From positions 48,385-88,149 of the forward strand of contig RDEW01000093.1 in the NCBI GenBank assembly GCA_011109175.1: DNA of 39,765 nt. The letters are read 5' to 3'. Shown here in pieces: positions 1 through 12,222 of the stretch (the first letter of the stretch is position 1; each line of letters begins with the position of its first letter). Made by a program: the position numbers and the translations under genes. This stretch comes from Dicyema japonicum. Lineage: Eukaryota; Animalia; Dicyemida. The notes below the pieces were generated by a model, which ran no database searches, had not been told where the DNA came from, and worked only from the letters and a program-made list of their open reading frames with translations.

Positions 1-466
1 CCATTGGAATCTGGGGTATATAATTAAGTTTACACAACTAACTTTCAAGTGGAAAAAACACAAACTTTTATTTAAAGAAATATTGAAGGGGGCCAAAGCA
101 GAGTAGAAAAATACTACATCGATCGGTGGGCAACTTTATTATCACTAAAGATAGAATCATTTACGCTATAATTAATTATATACTTCCAACCAAGGATTAA
201 ACTCTTTATATTTTCTGGTAACACGACAAACTCATTAGAAAATTGAGGTCTTTCTGACCTCTAGGTTTCAAGGCATCAGCGAAGTATTCTCGGTTGCTGA
301 ATCTTAATAGTTTCCCCATAATTTATTCAATTCGAATAATTTACTAAGGAAATAAAGGAAAAATGTTATTATTAGTTATCAGATCTCATGATAGAGATAG
401 AATTTTTTTTAAAGATTTGCGAACAATCAGTCTTCTTTCTTCGCAACTGTTTTTTCTCTTACTCTA

Positions 467-775
467 TTAAAATTTAAATTAAATATTCCATAGATCAAGG
501 GTAAAATCGAACTAACTAATTTCTTGATCCTGAAGCTTTCCAGGAGAACCCTCATCCAAGAACAGTGATTCTGAAAGCGTTGTCCTTGGAGTTGAGGTCA
601 ATTCGAACTCGTAGCCAGAGGTCGAAATTACTCTCGTGGAATGAATAGATGGATCTTTTTGAATGCTGGAAAGGCATTGGCCGTCTTCTTAGTTTGTTGG
701 ATCTAATGACGCAACCAGAGAGAAGTAGATGAATTTTAAATCAGGTAGCCAGCAACATGGAATTATGGGGCCATT
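467..775 (-). mobile_element. SINE family A copy (subfamily A1, degenerate, no tRNA head visible)
   Basis: Reverse complement has the core GCGTCATTAGATCC...GACGGCCAATGC...GCATTCAAAAAGATCC and the tail GGATCAAGAAATTAGTTAGTT...GGAATATTTAATTTAAA, alignable by eye with the copies at 21197 and 22498. Confidence 0.75.
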
Positions 776-818
776 TGGAAAATAAACTTTTTATATTTGT
801 TTATAACGAGTAAACTAA

Positions 819-1392
819 CTAATTAAGCCGATTTTGATCCAGATTTTTGGTAATCCATCTTCTCTTAGAAGAAGAGTGTACCTTAAACTCCTTGTTAATC
901 CAAATCTCCACATCAGATTCTGTCAAAATTTCTCCTTTAGAGTCCATTAGCCTGTCCTCCTCGGCATGCCAGTTCCACAAGTTTAGAAGTAGTAGGATGT
1001 ACTTTCATTGTATATCTGCATCCCATGCTCATGTCCAATGAGTGTACTCTTCAGAACAACCGATTGGATGTATGTCTTCGTTGATTCTTTAATAAATAAT
1101 TTTTCCATATGATTCTTGAAGTATCTTGAGACAACTCAATCCCATGTCAAAACCAATGGAATAATCTTCACTTGGCATTCATAGAGCAGCGAAAGTTCAT
1201 TTGCAAGCAAGTCATATTTATGAAGTTTCTCAACTTTAACTTGCTTTAGTCGATCTTTTGAGGTAATAGCCACTTCGTTTAAGGCTACTTCCTTTTTTGT
1301 TTTGTCATAAACAAAAATATCAGTTTTATTGAATTTGATTTTTGTTTCTGTCATAATTGACGTGTCAACTCTGATTTCGAGACATTACATGC
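819..1392 (-). mobile_element. R4/Dong-type non-LTR retrotransposon, C-terminal restriction-like endonuclease fragment (pseudogenised)
   Basis: Translates as LEIRVDTSIMTETKIKFNKTDIFVYDKTKKEVALNEVAITSKDRLKQVKVEKLHKYDLLANEL...IIPLVLTWD*VVSRYFKNHMEKL...YIQSVVLKR. This fits the PD-(D/E)xK RLE pattern of R4-clade elements. There is an in-frame TGA and a later frameshift. Confidence 0.8.
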
Positions 1393-1394
1393 GT

Positions 1395-2630
1395 ATCCAA
1401 TTGTATACTCGATGAACTGTTTGTATATGACATCCAGTCCACTCAGATCTTTTTTGTCTCTTAGGTTTCCCAAGAACGCCTTCAGGAAATTGATTTTCCT
1501 TGTACAAGTCGATAACATATTTTCTACATGTTTTGTAAAGGTTAAGAAGGTGTCAAATGTAACTCCTAGGATTTTCTGGTATTTTTGCGGGATATTTTTC
1601 CCATCCAGTGTGACGTCAATTGATACTTTCCCTAGTCGTTGTCTGTCGTGAATAGGGTCAACACCGACTTCGGGCTAGCAATCAATTAATTTTCCCAAGA
1701 CCATAAACTTTTTTTATTCAGATTGTCCTGTACTCTTCTCGTTGTTTCAATAATACTCACATCTCTCTAAGCAGTGACTATATCACTCGCATACGTTAAT
1801 AATATGTCATCGTCCCCCTGTGGAAGTGGCAATTCATTCATCATAAAGCTAAACAAGAGAAGAGATAATGGGGAGCCCTGAGTAACGCCATTTGCTAATA
1901 GTCTCGATACCGAACATCGATTGCCATAGTGTACTCGTCCTCGTCGACCACTCAAGAAATTTCCCAGCCATAATTTCAGGTTTGCGTCAAACAGAGTCAA
2001 AAGCCTTTTGGATATCAATTGAGCATACAATCGTCTTTTTCTGTCCTGGTCTTTTGTTAAGGCCATCTGTTATGAACTCCTTTAATGTATTTAGGTGTGT
2101 GATAGTTGATCGTCCCTCTTTGAAACCATGCTGAAATCTGGCATCAGGGAAGGAATGTCGTGTGAGTGTCATAACCATCCTTTCTAGGATTCTTGTCTGG
2201 ACGCACAAGAGCGACAAAGGCCTGTAAAAGCCAGGTCCTCCCTTGGTTTCCCAGGCTTCAGTATTGGATGAATATTCGAAAGTTTCCATATAGCGGGAAT
2301 ACAGTTGAAGTTGATTGAGTAGTTGAAGATTCAAGTTAGTGGTGATACGTCATCATTTTCAACAGAATAACCGGGATCATGTCCAGTCCACAGGAATGTG
2401 TGTTCTTTGTTCGATAGATCTCCAAAGCGACATCTCCCGGTAGAACATACATTTTTGGATGCCTCCTTTTCGATTTTCGGTATTTTGTGTAAAGGAACAT
2501 TGCCAACGATCGACTTGCATGAGTCATCGTGGTTCGGGTAAATTGTTTATAAACTGTGACAAGGCGCCCAGTTTTGTCCTTAAGTGTTTTGATTCCACCT
2601 TTTGCGGTCATGCGTAACTTCCCTCAAGTC
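1395..2630 (-). mobile_element. Non-LTR retrotransposon reverse transcriptase (I/Jockey-group-like), frameshifted
   Basis: RT motifs YRPLSLL, QHGFKEGRST, CSIDIQKAFDSV, GVTQGSPLS, YASD and KILGVTFD are spread across several frames. Confidence 0.88.
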
Positions 2631-2749
2631 AGATATTTGGTTGGATGCGAAAGGCCATTATTTATAATCTCTTTAATTCAAAACTGAGATAAAATAAGCC
2701 TTAAAAAAACGTTTTATTTTAATAGGCATTATTATAAAACCAATCTTTA

Positions 2750-3087
2750 ATTAATTAATTTATTAACCCCGGATACACCGAGAAAGAAGTTAAAGTAAAC
2801 AACTAATTAAGTGTATCCAGTTTCCACTTCTACAGAAACAGAGTCCATCCGGAATCTGATAAAGGGTAAAAGACGTACATAGTTGCAGTTGTGGAAACCC
2901 CTCCAGTGGAGTGGGGGAGAGCAAATGATCCTTTTTCGTGCCGGCTTGGCACTGGGCGTCACCTAGACAGGTGGATCACATGACGCCACTCTAATAGGAA
3001 GAGAGAGGAGGAACAGACAAGCAAGCAGAAAACTTCAACCAATTAACCACGCAGCACCACATGGCGCCACGCGGCTGGTTCAAAACC
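2750..3087 (-). mobile_element. SINE family A copy (subfamily A2)
   Basis: Highly similar to 29601-29915. It has a B-box remnant, a GCCGCGTG-GCGC-CATGTGGT hairpin, the pseudoknot core at 2925-2987 and an AATT-rich tail. Confidence 0.85.
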
Positions 3088-3189
3088 AATCTTCTTCTAA
3101 GAGAGAGAGGAATTACCAGCAATCTAAATTAAAATCCGCTTAATTATATAATTTACTAGTTTTACTTTGTTAATTATTAAAATTTATTA

Positions 3190-3850
3190 TAATTAAATTA
3201 ATCTAGGAAACTTGAATCGCCAGGCTGTTTCATCTGACAATAGCTATCGAGATAAGCTCTCGAAGCCATCCAGACTCATGTAGATCTTTGGTGGCTGTTT
3301 GGATCATTGAGTAGAACCTACGGACTAGATCGTCCGCTTGTAGGACAAGGATTTCTGACGTCTCAACAGGAAATGGAACAAACAAGTGATCCACCGAGAT
3401 GCTTCGGTACTTCATTCTCTTCTGATCCTTAGCTTTTTTAGAAGCATGACCTGGTCCCGAGACTGAAGCGGGAAAAATTATCGGAGAGTATGCATCAACA
3501 CACGTAACGTCGCAAACCAGGTTCCGACCATTACCAAATGGGAATTTTGTCGTCCCGTCAGGGCGTTTGTCATCATCTTGGTTGAGACCAGTGGCTCCAA
3601 AATGCAGTTGTGGCCAGCAGTGGAAAGTGCGTTTTCAAAGTCACGTTGAGACAGGCATGCCTTGGGAAACGTCCCGCGTTCAACCTGCAGAACAGTGGAT
3701 TGTAGCCATATGGATCGAGCAAACGTCCACAACGACATTTTTGCCCCGAATACACTTTAATATAAGACATCTTCTGAATGGCAGCTAATCGTTTTGAGAT
3801 ATGCATGTCTTCTCGCATCCCCAGTTGTCTCAAGGTGCTCCTTATTTTTT
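3190..3850 (-). mobile_element. CRE-clade non-LTR retrotransposon 3' fragment (zinc knuckle + RLE)
   Basis: CRCGRLLDPYGYNPLFC...GRFPRHACLN, CILEP, KYRSISVDHLFVPFPVET and WLRELISIAIVR match the C-terminal pattern of CRE/Cnl1/MoTeR proteins. Frameshifted. Confidence 0.85.
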
Positions 3851-4861
3851 AAAGGACATGTCTCGAATACGATTTCTGATTAGTCGCTTTCAGAACATTA
3901 AGATATAGGTCCTTCCACAAGTCCACAGCCCCCAATGGTGTCATAGATACATTCAGTCCAGAATAAGAGTTGAGGACCAAAATTCGATGTGTTTCTATTT
4001 CTAGCGATCAATGGTAGATTAAATTTGAAAGGATCTTTCAGTTCGCCTTGTCAATTTAAAAAAAACACGAGAATCCAATAGCAAGAATATTTCGATCGCT
4101 AAACATATTCACGTAATGAAGGTGTCAAAAAAGAGTTCATCTCGAATTTGAAATAACTTCTGCAACATCCATGTGAGTTTAACTGCACAGTTAAATCATC
4201 GCTATTTCGGTTTTACGTATGTTCCATTATAAGTGGACAACTCAGGGTGTCACTATTATCCTTGAAGTAATATATTAATTTGACTTATTTACATAGAAAA
4301 TGTTTAAAAATGTAGAAAACGTCTGTTTGAACGACTTTAAATGCACAAATGTGGATATTTTATGAATAAGTAAAAAGAATACAATATCTCAATCTAATTC
4401 ATACTTGAATGCGCTCCCATTTTTCTATTCATTCTTATAAAAATATTTTTTAAAATTTCGATACCACTTTTATTTTTTAATTTCCCCGTAAACGCATATT
4501 AGAAAGGCCACTTTTTATTCCTGACAAAATATGAGCAAAAAAATAGAATTTTCTTTACCGCAAATGTGAAATATTATCTAATTTTGTGTTCTAACAGATA
4601 AAAAGTGAATCAATTTTTATTTTTATGGCTAGGTCTTATTTTTTGTACTTTAAGCATAAATAACCAAAATCAATTAATTTATTTAAATATAACTAAAAAA
4701 ATCACTTATTTTTAATGTCTAAGACCAGTGTATTTTTTTCGTTCCACTTCTAGTGGGAAAAGATTTGGGTTTCTAAAAAATCATTACTATCCTTCCTAGA
4801 ATTAACAGAAATTATTTCATAAATTAGACTGAAAATAAAAAAAACAAGAAAACTTTATAGT

Positions 4862-5949
4862 TCATGGCTTGTAATTTTGTACAAATTTCTTGTACATCGT
4901 TGATGAAGTCAGCCATGAACCCCTAAAAATTAAAATATGAAAACTTGTATTTTTCTTTTCTTTGGCATTTCAGTGAGCCGTTATCGGATTCCAGAGTCGA
5001 TTGACGCATTACAAGTGAACGAGTTTTATTTTACGGGAAACACAATTAAATCAAACTTTACTACTCGCTTCTAAATATTTCTCCTCTTAATGGAATATGA
5101 TAGGTGGATGAAAGGATATATTTTCTATTCAAACAAACCTCAAGGATGACATCTCTCTCCACTACTACTCCTTCGTAATGATCAAATGACATCACGAAAA
5201 TTGCAGAAACGTTCACAGGGATAGATCCCTTCCCATCAATTTCCTTCTAACGTGTAAGCGAAGCTTTTCAGAGGAAGATCAATGAATGAAGTTAGTGCAG
5301 TTCCCAAAGGTATATATAGCCCTGTGGTTAATTCCTCCAAGATTCCATAAAAATAGTCAAACGTGCTTTCATTTGACTTGACAAAGACGGTATCGTAAAG
5401 GAAAAGTAGACCAATGCAAATACCAGGAAAAATCATCATCGAATTGAGAATTTAAGATGGGTAGAGTAGAATAGGATGGATAGTACAACAGATCCACATG
5501 TTCTTTTCCCAGTTATGATGCAATCTCATCGGAATAAAGAAATCGTAGTGTCCACTTACTGAAGGCACCTTATATTTTCCAGTTTTTTTAAATCAATGAA
5601 CCCTTTTCGAATCGATACATAGAGTTTTACTTTGCACTTAAGGGAAATTTTTAGAGAATGATTGAATATCTCTTCAAATCTACAGTCGATGCAGTTCGAA
5701 TCGAATTTTTAGATTTTTTTTCAAACGGAATCGATAGACAGCTCAGTTAATTCAGCAAATCTGAACGATTTTCGAAAACACTTTACGTCCTGTGATGTTC
5801 TTAAAAAGAGTAAGAAATGCTAAAATTGACATGTGCTTTTTTATTGGTTCCCTAATAAAAAGATAATTCCAATCGTCTTCACAAGAACGAATCTTAGGTG
5901 CAAAATATGTTTGACGTTCAGCTCCCCCAAGAGTTAGTGTTTCCTGCAT
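4862..5949 (-). pseudogene. Unidentified degenerate or spliced coding region
   Basis: Protein-like stretches (MQETLTLGG..., MMIFPGICIG...AYTLE, EIDGKGSIPVNVSAIFVMSFDHYEGVVVERDVILE) are linked by an apparent frameshift and stops. A 22-nt GT-AG intron candidate lies near the 3' end. No family recognised. Confidence 0.3.
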
Positions 5950-6255
5950 AAAAAAACATTAAGAAAATAAAAAATTCTCGTTTATTTTGAATCACTAATT
6001 TCGCATAAAACTATGATGCTTGCAAAAACACTTAATATTTTAATTTCGCACCAAAATCATAAATGAAAAACATAATCATTAACAGCTAGATTTTCAAATT
6101 CATGCATAAAAAAACATTAAGAAAATAAAAAATTCTCGTTTATTTTGAATCACTAATTTCGCATAAAACTATGATGCTTGCAAAAACACTTAATATTTTA
6201 ATTTCGCACCAAAATCATAAATGAAATAAATAATCATTAACAGCTAGATTTTCAA
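5946..6255. repeat. Tandem duplication of about 160 bp
   Basis: The unit beginning CATAAAAAAACATTAAGAAAATAAAAAATTCTCG occurs twice, near-identically. Confidence 0.85.
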
Positions 6256-6325
6256 AATTTGAATAGAATTTATTAAACCAGGAAAGAAAAATAAGGAATA
6301 GGGCTAAAGATTTTGAATCGGGTTG

Positions 6326-6773
6326 TTATTTTTTGCGTTTTTTGTTTAATTTTTCGCAATCTAAGCATTTTTCAGGCTCTTTACTTTCCTGAGCCTCCAA
6401 ATAATTGAGAAAAGGCTTCAAAACTAATATGGTTAGCAAAATAATACAATACGGTGGAATATATTTATGCATACAAGAAATGGGGTCTTCAATATTTTCG
6501 GGAGGTGGTTGGTAATACATAAATGGGTTATTACCTCCAAAATAAGGATCAGATGTAGATTTATGTCGATTTTGGCTATACGAATAGTTATAAGAGTCTT
6601 GATAGTATGAATTAGCCTCATTTTGGTACAAATTCTGATTATATGTTGGATAAGAATTAAAATCTTGGTTATAACTTTGAAATCTATTCTGGTTCGAATA
6701 CTGATTATATGTTGAATTAGTATCATAATTTTGGGCGGTTGATTGAGATTGAGAATTGTCTGTAACTGAAGAG
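6326..6773 (-). CDS. Hypothetical N/Q/Y/S-rich protein with a C-terminal hydrophobic segment (5' end in N gap)
   Basis: Frame is open from the gap: SSVTDNSQSQSTAQNYDTNSTYNQY...YQPPPENIEDP...YCIILLTILVLKPFLNYL...KKRKK*. Confidence 0.5.
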
Positions 6774-6790
6774 NNNNNNNNNNNNNNNNN

Positions 6791-6912
6791 CTCAGTTCCA
6801 ATTGCAATGGGAAGGATTTTGATTCCCAGTGAAAATGATCAATTGGGGTTGATTTGATACATAAAGTAATTGTTCTGAGCGCGACGTTTTGAATTTTTTT
6901 ATAGTTTGTCCA
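6791..6912 (-). mobile_element. LINE RT C-terminal fragment (I/Jockey-group-like)
   Basis: YKKIQNVALRTITLCIKSTPIDHFHWESKSFPL resembles the QNxALRxIT...STP motif that follows LINE RT domains. Confidence 0.55.
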
Positions 6913-6961
6913 TAAAATTAAAATGGCAAAATAAAATAGTCACTATTTTTACCAATTATTT

Positions 6962-7085
6962 ATCCACGTGGTGTCATGTGGTAATATGTGGCTAATTGAT
7001 TAAAAATTTATCTTCGTTCCATTGATGGCGTCATTGGATTCACTTTAATAAAGAGACGCCTAATGTTCTTCCTTCGTGCCCAGAT
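6962..7085 (+). mobile_element. SINE family A partial copy
   Basis: CCACGTGGTGTCATGTGG hairpin followed by GGCGTCATTGGATTCACTTTAATAAAGAGACGCC. Confidence 0.75.
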
Positions 7086-7354
7086 TTTTGTGATTATAAT
7101 GATTCTTGGTTATTACAAAACACAATTGCGTAATTAACAAAAAAATACATAAAATAAATTAGTATAATAGAATAGGATAAAATAGAATAGGATGGAAGAA
7201 GAAAACAGACAATCACAAGAACGTGGAGCAAATTGTCTAGAAAATAAAGTTCAAAAAGGTATGGTAGTCATAAAAGGATGTGTAAGTGTGTATTCTCAAA
7301 AAAACTCAAAGTAGGGTTACATGCAGAAGTTGACACAAAAATTTCTATATGAAT

Positions 7355-10300
7355 CAAGCTATTTATTATTTAAGCACTTCACGAGAGCCATACTAATTAT
7401 AGCCCCTGCATGTGCAGCAAAAGAAACAAGGTTAGATGTCATCCTTTTCCAAGCTCTCATGTTCCTAGCCAAGGCGCTCATATTGTACAGGTCGTCGGCA
7501 TTTTTTAGATTTCTTTTGATATTGACTAGGTCTTTTTGTAAAACTATTGGTAGTGTTGTTCTAGGTCTTCCACAATAGCGTCCATCTTGACTAACATAGT
7601 ATGTTTCCATAGATATGTTCGATGAAGATGTTAATTCCATCCTCAGCACGTGTCCGAAAAGCTTCCATCGGGATTCCAGTACTTCTAAGCTTATATTTCT
7701 AGTGCTGCATCTTTTATATAAAGCATTTCTCGATATTCTCATAGGCCAAGTAGTTCCTGTTATTTTTCTCAGCTGATTTCTATGGAACGATCTAGTATTT
7801 CCATATCCGCTGATGAGGTCTCCCAAGTTTCAGCCTTATATAAAAGTAGTTCCTGTTATTTTTCTCAGCTGATTTCTATGGAACGATTTAGTTTTTCCAT
7901 ATCCGCTGATGAGGTCGCCCAAGTTTCAGCGTTATATAAAAGTACGGGTGTAATGATAGAGTCGTAGAATATGATTCTTATTTTCGTGTTGATACTTTTT
8001 TGATTGAGCTATAGATTTTTCAGTTTATATAACGTAGCATTGGCTAGAATTTTCCTACGTAAAAAATCTTCGCTATCTCCCATAAGTGAACCGAGTTTCT
8101 TTACTTGTCGTCACTTCTCTTCTAGGACGTTACTCATCTTTCTTATCTCTGTGAGTTCTGTTTTCTCTCTGTTCACAGTAAGAAACCATTTCCCTAGTAC
8201 TTCTGGTGCTTTTTCTAATAGTTTTTCCAGGACCTCTTTGTCTTCAGAAATTAGGTCTACATCGTCCGCGTAGATCACTTCTTCCGTCTTTCTTTGGTAT
8301 AACGGTCTAAGTTCCCTCATAGCGGCTTCCAAATAAATTGTGAAAGTAGAGGAGAAAGAGAGTCTCCTCGTGGAGTGCCCGTGTTTGTTTCAAATTTTTT
8401 TGAAGAGGTCTTTCCGACTCTCACGTGGAGATCAGTGTTGGAAAGTAGAATTCGGGTCATCCTTAAACTCGACTCATCAAGAAATCTGCTCAGTATCCCT
8501 ATTAACTTGTTCCTGTTAACCGTATCAAAAGCTTTTGATAAGTCAATTCCCAGAATATTTATAGCATTACGGTATCTTTGATATGTGTCAGTATCCCTAT
8601 TAACTTGTTCCTGTTAACCGTATCAAAAGCTCTTGATAAGTCAATTCCCAGAATATTTGTAGCGTTACGGTATCTTTGATATATGCACACCTCCATCTGT
8701 GACTCCAGATCGCATCAGCTGTGGATCTCCCTTTTCGAAAACCACTTTGACTATCTGGTAGGTATTTGTAAGCAGATCATTTTATTCGTTCAATCACAAT
8801 GTTTGCCAAGACTTTGCATAATGAATTTAGTAGTATGATGGGTCGCGAATTTTTGAGCGGTCCTCTGGTTTTGATGATTTTTTTGTATGGTGATTAGTAG
8901 TTTCGTACCCAGAGGTAGAGTGCAGTTGGTAGAAAATATTCCATTTAGTAGTATTGCAGTTTTGTCATACAGGCAGTGGGGTCCGTATTTTAGTAATTCG
9001 AAATCTATTTCGTCTAATCCAGAACTTCTGTTATTCTTGAGTTTTCGGCAGGCCGTTTTGATTTCCTCGGCAGTGATTGGTATCTCCAGAGGTTTTGGCT
9101 TCTCATCAAATAGGTGGGTTTCTATGATTTTGATGTTGAAAAGCGTCTCAAAGTAAGCGGCGATGGCTTCAGTTTGTTCTTCAGTGTTCAGTATCAGCGC
9201 TTACTGTTCTCGTCTTTTATGCTTAGTCGACTTCGGTTTGTTCGCCGCAGCAAACGGGCAGCGATGTACATCTCTGCGTTGTCTTTTACTTTTTTACATC
9301 TTCTATACAGGAAGCTATTTCTTCTAGGAAAAGCTTCTTGTTCAGACCTTTTATTTTTTTTCTGACACGTCGCCTTTCTCTCTGAAGGGCTTTTCTCGTA
9401 TTAGCGTCAGTGGGGTTTGATTTTATCATGTTTATTTCTTTTAAACTTTTCGCAAGCTCAGGAACTTCTGGATGAATAGCCTTCAGGTGCATTTTACTAT
9501 TCTCCCTTTTGCTAAGACATGCCTCAGCAGCTTCGTTGATAGTATCCTTTGTGCGTTTCCAGGCATCTTCTAACGAGGTATCCACCAATACGTCCCGCAT
9601 ATGAATCTGAATGTATTGTTGATATCTCTCAGTAGTCTCCGGTTGGGAAATCAGCCTTTCAATCGCGTAATCGCATCTGATTTTCTCAAATTCGTGATTT
9701 TAAGCATTCTTGTATTCGATGGCATGTTTTTTCAAGGTGAATGTCGCAATAACCATCTTGTAATCGCTGACAGTCGTCGAGCCTTCATTTGAACGTGCGT
9801 TTCCTAGAAAGTGTTTGTCTTTATCCCGACATATGACATAATCTATTTGGTTGTATATTGGGACCAGCTTTCCCTCTGAGATCCTTCGCTTCCCCATCCA
9901 CGTAATTTTGGGACAGGCAGGATGCGTAAATGCAGTATTACATAGGAAAAGGTTGTTTACCATACAAAAGTGACCAAGTATTGTTCCGGGTAGGTTTTTT
10001 ATTCCACGTCCATGTTCTTCGTCCCGATTTTCGCATTCAAATCCCCAGCAATGAGTTTTAGTGATGACGAGTCATATTCGTTGTACGTCCGTAACAGTGT
10101 TGAATAGAAGTCGTCTAGTTCTGTCGGATCTTTCGCTACTCTCCCGCAGTGTGGCGCATAAACATTTATTATTGTCAGAAAGCTCTTCGAAGGAGGTAAG
10201 TTGTTTAGACGAATTTGTATAACACAGATCCTGTCATTCACACTCCATATACAATGGACTGCACTTGTCAACTACAAGTGGATGGCAAATCCAAGTTCAT

Positions 10301-10515
10301 AATAATTGGAGTCGCTCGGTAACATATTATTCGATATTCGCCATAGTTCTCATCAAGGCTACAAGTAACTTTCGTTTCTTGTAAGCACCCAATAGATACG
10401 TCGTATCTCTCCAGTTCGTCACAGAAATTCTTCTTAGACCAGGTTGTAGATAAGCCTTTAGCATTGAACGTAAGGAGCTTTAGACGAGATGCATCCCTTG
10501 CGTTTTAGACATTTT
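7355..10515 (-). mobile_element. Near-full-length degenerate RTE-clade LINE (APE endonuclease + RT)
   Basis: EN motifs LLTFNAKGL, CLQETK, IINVYAP, GDLNAKIG and QIDYV. RT motif IYADD. RTE-type C-terminus WKLFGHVLRM...GRPRTTLP and a (TAA)n-like tail. Many stops and frameshifts, plus internal duplications near 7770-7940 and 8490-8680. Confidence 0.93.
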
Positions 10516-10539
10516 TCTCAACTGTGATCCATTTAAGAA

Positions 10540-11145
10540 AACTAATTTTAAGATATTTAAATTTTACAAGAGTCTATTTAATTTAGTAGATTTTACATTA
10601 AAGTCCATACAGCATTTGGCTACCAAATAAATTTTTACCCCTAAGTGAATGGAAATTTTCAAAGAGGGTCAATATAATATGAAAATTCGAAGTGAACACC
10701 TATACGTATTTTACTCCAAATTTATCTTTATGCATCCTATTACATCCAAAATTTATAATAGGGTCTATTTAAATTAGTAGATTCTTCATTGACTATCAAC
10801 CCGCATTAGGCTTACAAATAAATTTTTACCCCTATGTGAATTGAAATTTTCAAAGAGGGTCTATATAATATAAAAATTCGACAGTGAACACCAACACGTA
10901 ATTACTCCAAATTTATCGTTATGCTTTTTTGTTGCTCTCAAATTCTTTAATAGGGTCTTTATAAATTAGTCGAATCTTCATTGACTACCAACCCGCATTA
11001 GGCTTACAAATAAATTTTTACCCCTATGTGAATTGAAATTTTCAAAGAGAGTCAATATAAAATGAAAATTCGACAGTGAATACCTATACGTATTTTACTC
11101 CAAATTTATCTTTATGCTTTCCTATTGCATCCAAAATCATTAATA
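10540..11145. repeat. Tandem repeat array, unit about 191 bp (about 3 units)
   Basis: The anchor GTCT(A/T)T(T/A)A..TTAGT recurs at 10572, 10763 and 10955. Units are similar but diverged. Confidence 0.92.
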
Positions 11146-12222
11146 TGTCACATGGGCGGCGCGTAACGCATGGGCAGCCTGTTACATTTTTTCGACCTTG
11201 AAAAGATCTTTTGATTATCCGACATTTAATTTTGTATATCCGATTTATATCGTGATTTAATCCTGCAAAATTATTTTTTTATTCATAAATGTTATAATTA
11301 TAAAGATTTTATTTTTTTTATATCGGTTAACCTATATTTCTAGCGTGATTTATAGCATGGAAGATTATTTTGTTGCAATGGATTTTTACAAAGGTTTTGT
11401 GAAAGATTGCGTTGAATATCAAACTTTAAAAGATGCTTTGCATGATAAATTTCCCGAAAATCTTCCGAGGCATCGAAAATATAGGCTTGTAGAGAAGATA
11501 GAGAATTTTTCCATTATCAATGACAGGTATTGTAAATTTGCAATAATTTTAGACTNNNNNNNNNNNNNNNNNNNNNNNNNNNNNNNNNNNNNNNNNNNNN
11601 NNNNNNNNNNNNNNNNNNNNNNNNNNNNNNNNNNNNNNNNNNNNNNNNNNNNNNNNNNNNNNNNNNNNNNNNNNNNNNNNNNNNNNNNNNNNNNNNNNNN
11701 NNNNNNNNNNNNNNNNNNNNNNNNNNNNNNNNNNNNNNNNNNNNNNNNNNNNNNNNNNNNNNNNNNNNNNNNNNNNNNNNNNNNNNNNNNNNNNNNNNNN
11801 NNNNNNNNNNNNNNNNNNNNNNNNNNNNNNNNNNNNNNNNNNNNNNNNNNNNNNNNNNNNNNNNNNNNNNNNNNNNNNNNNNNNNNNNNNNNNNNNNNNN
11901 NNNNNNNNNNNNNNNNNNNNNNNNNNNNNNNNNNNNNNNNNNNNNNNNNNNNNNNNNNNNNNNNNNNNNNNNNNNNNNNNNNNNNNNNNNNNNNNNNNNT
12001 TAATTGTTCGACTCTAGAATTTATTGAAAATTCACGTAGGTTGATTTAAAAAATTTATATCTAGATAATTCCCAGTCGACTGTATTAATGAGTAGACTAA
12101 AAAAAGTTACTTAAATTTAATTTTTTGTGGTTAATAAATCATTTATAAAATTAATTGAAGTTAATCTTGGTTCAAGGTTAATGTAACAGGCTGCCCATAG
12201 GTAACGCTTGGCCCATGTGACA
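11146..12222 (+). mobile_element. Non-autonomous TIR DNA transposon, TGT...ACA ends, 5-bp TSD (Ginger-like)
   Basis: 43-bp imperfect TIRs at 11146-11188 and 12180-12222, flanked by TAATA on both sides. An empty-site counterpart lies at 13662. The internal ORF from 11357 (LHDKFPENLPRHRKYRLVEKIENFSIINDR) resembles the segment upstream of the integrase Zn-binding domain and is followed by a 26-nt GT-AG intron candidate. The interior (11556-11999) is N. Superfamily assignment is less certain than the element itself. Confidence 0.8.

Noticed and set aside
1340-1420. Apparent fusion of an APE-type LINE RT to an R4 RLE domain (hybrid element)
   Set aside because: The two parts are out of frame at the junction and both are decayed. 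Nested insertion or deletion is simpler.
3880-4060. Possible Tc1/mariner transposase relic (FGPQLLFW...GLVEG/DLYLNVLK, minus strand)
   Set aside because: Similarity is weak, needs frameshifts, and no TIRs were found.
7321-9792. Plus-strand ORFs listed in the ORF track across the RTE copies
   Set aside because: They are antisense shadows of the LINE coding strand.
10540-11145. CRISPR-like or other prokaryotic array interpretation of the repeats
   Set aside because: Units are contiguous ~191-bp monomers without unique spacers, in a clearly eukaryotic, intron-containing context.
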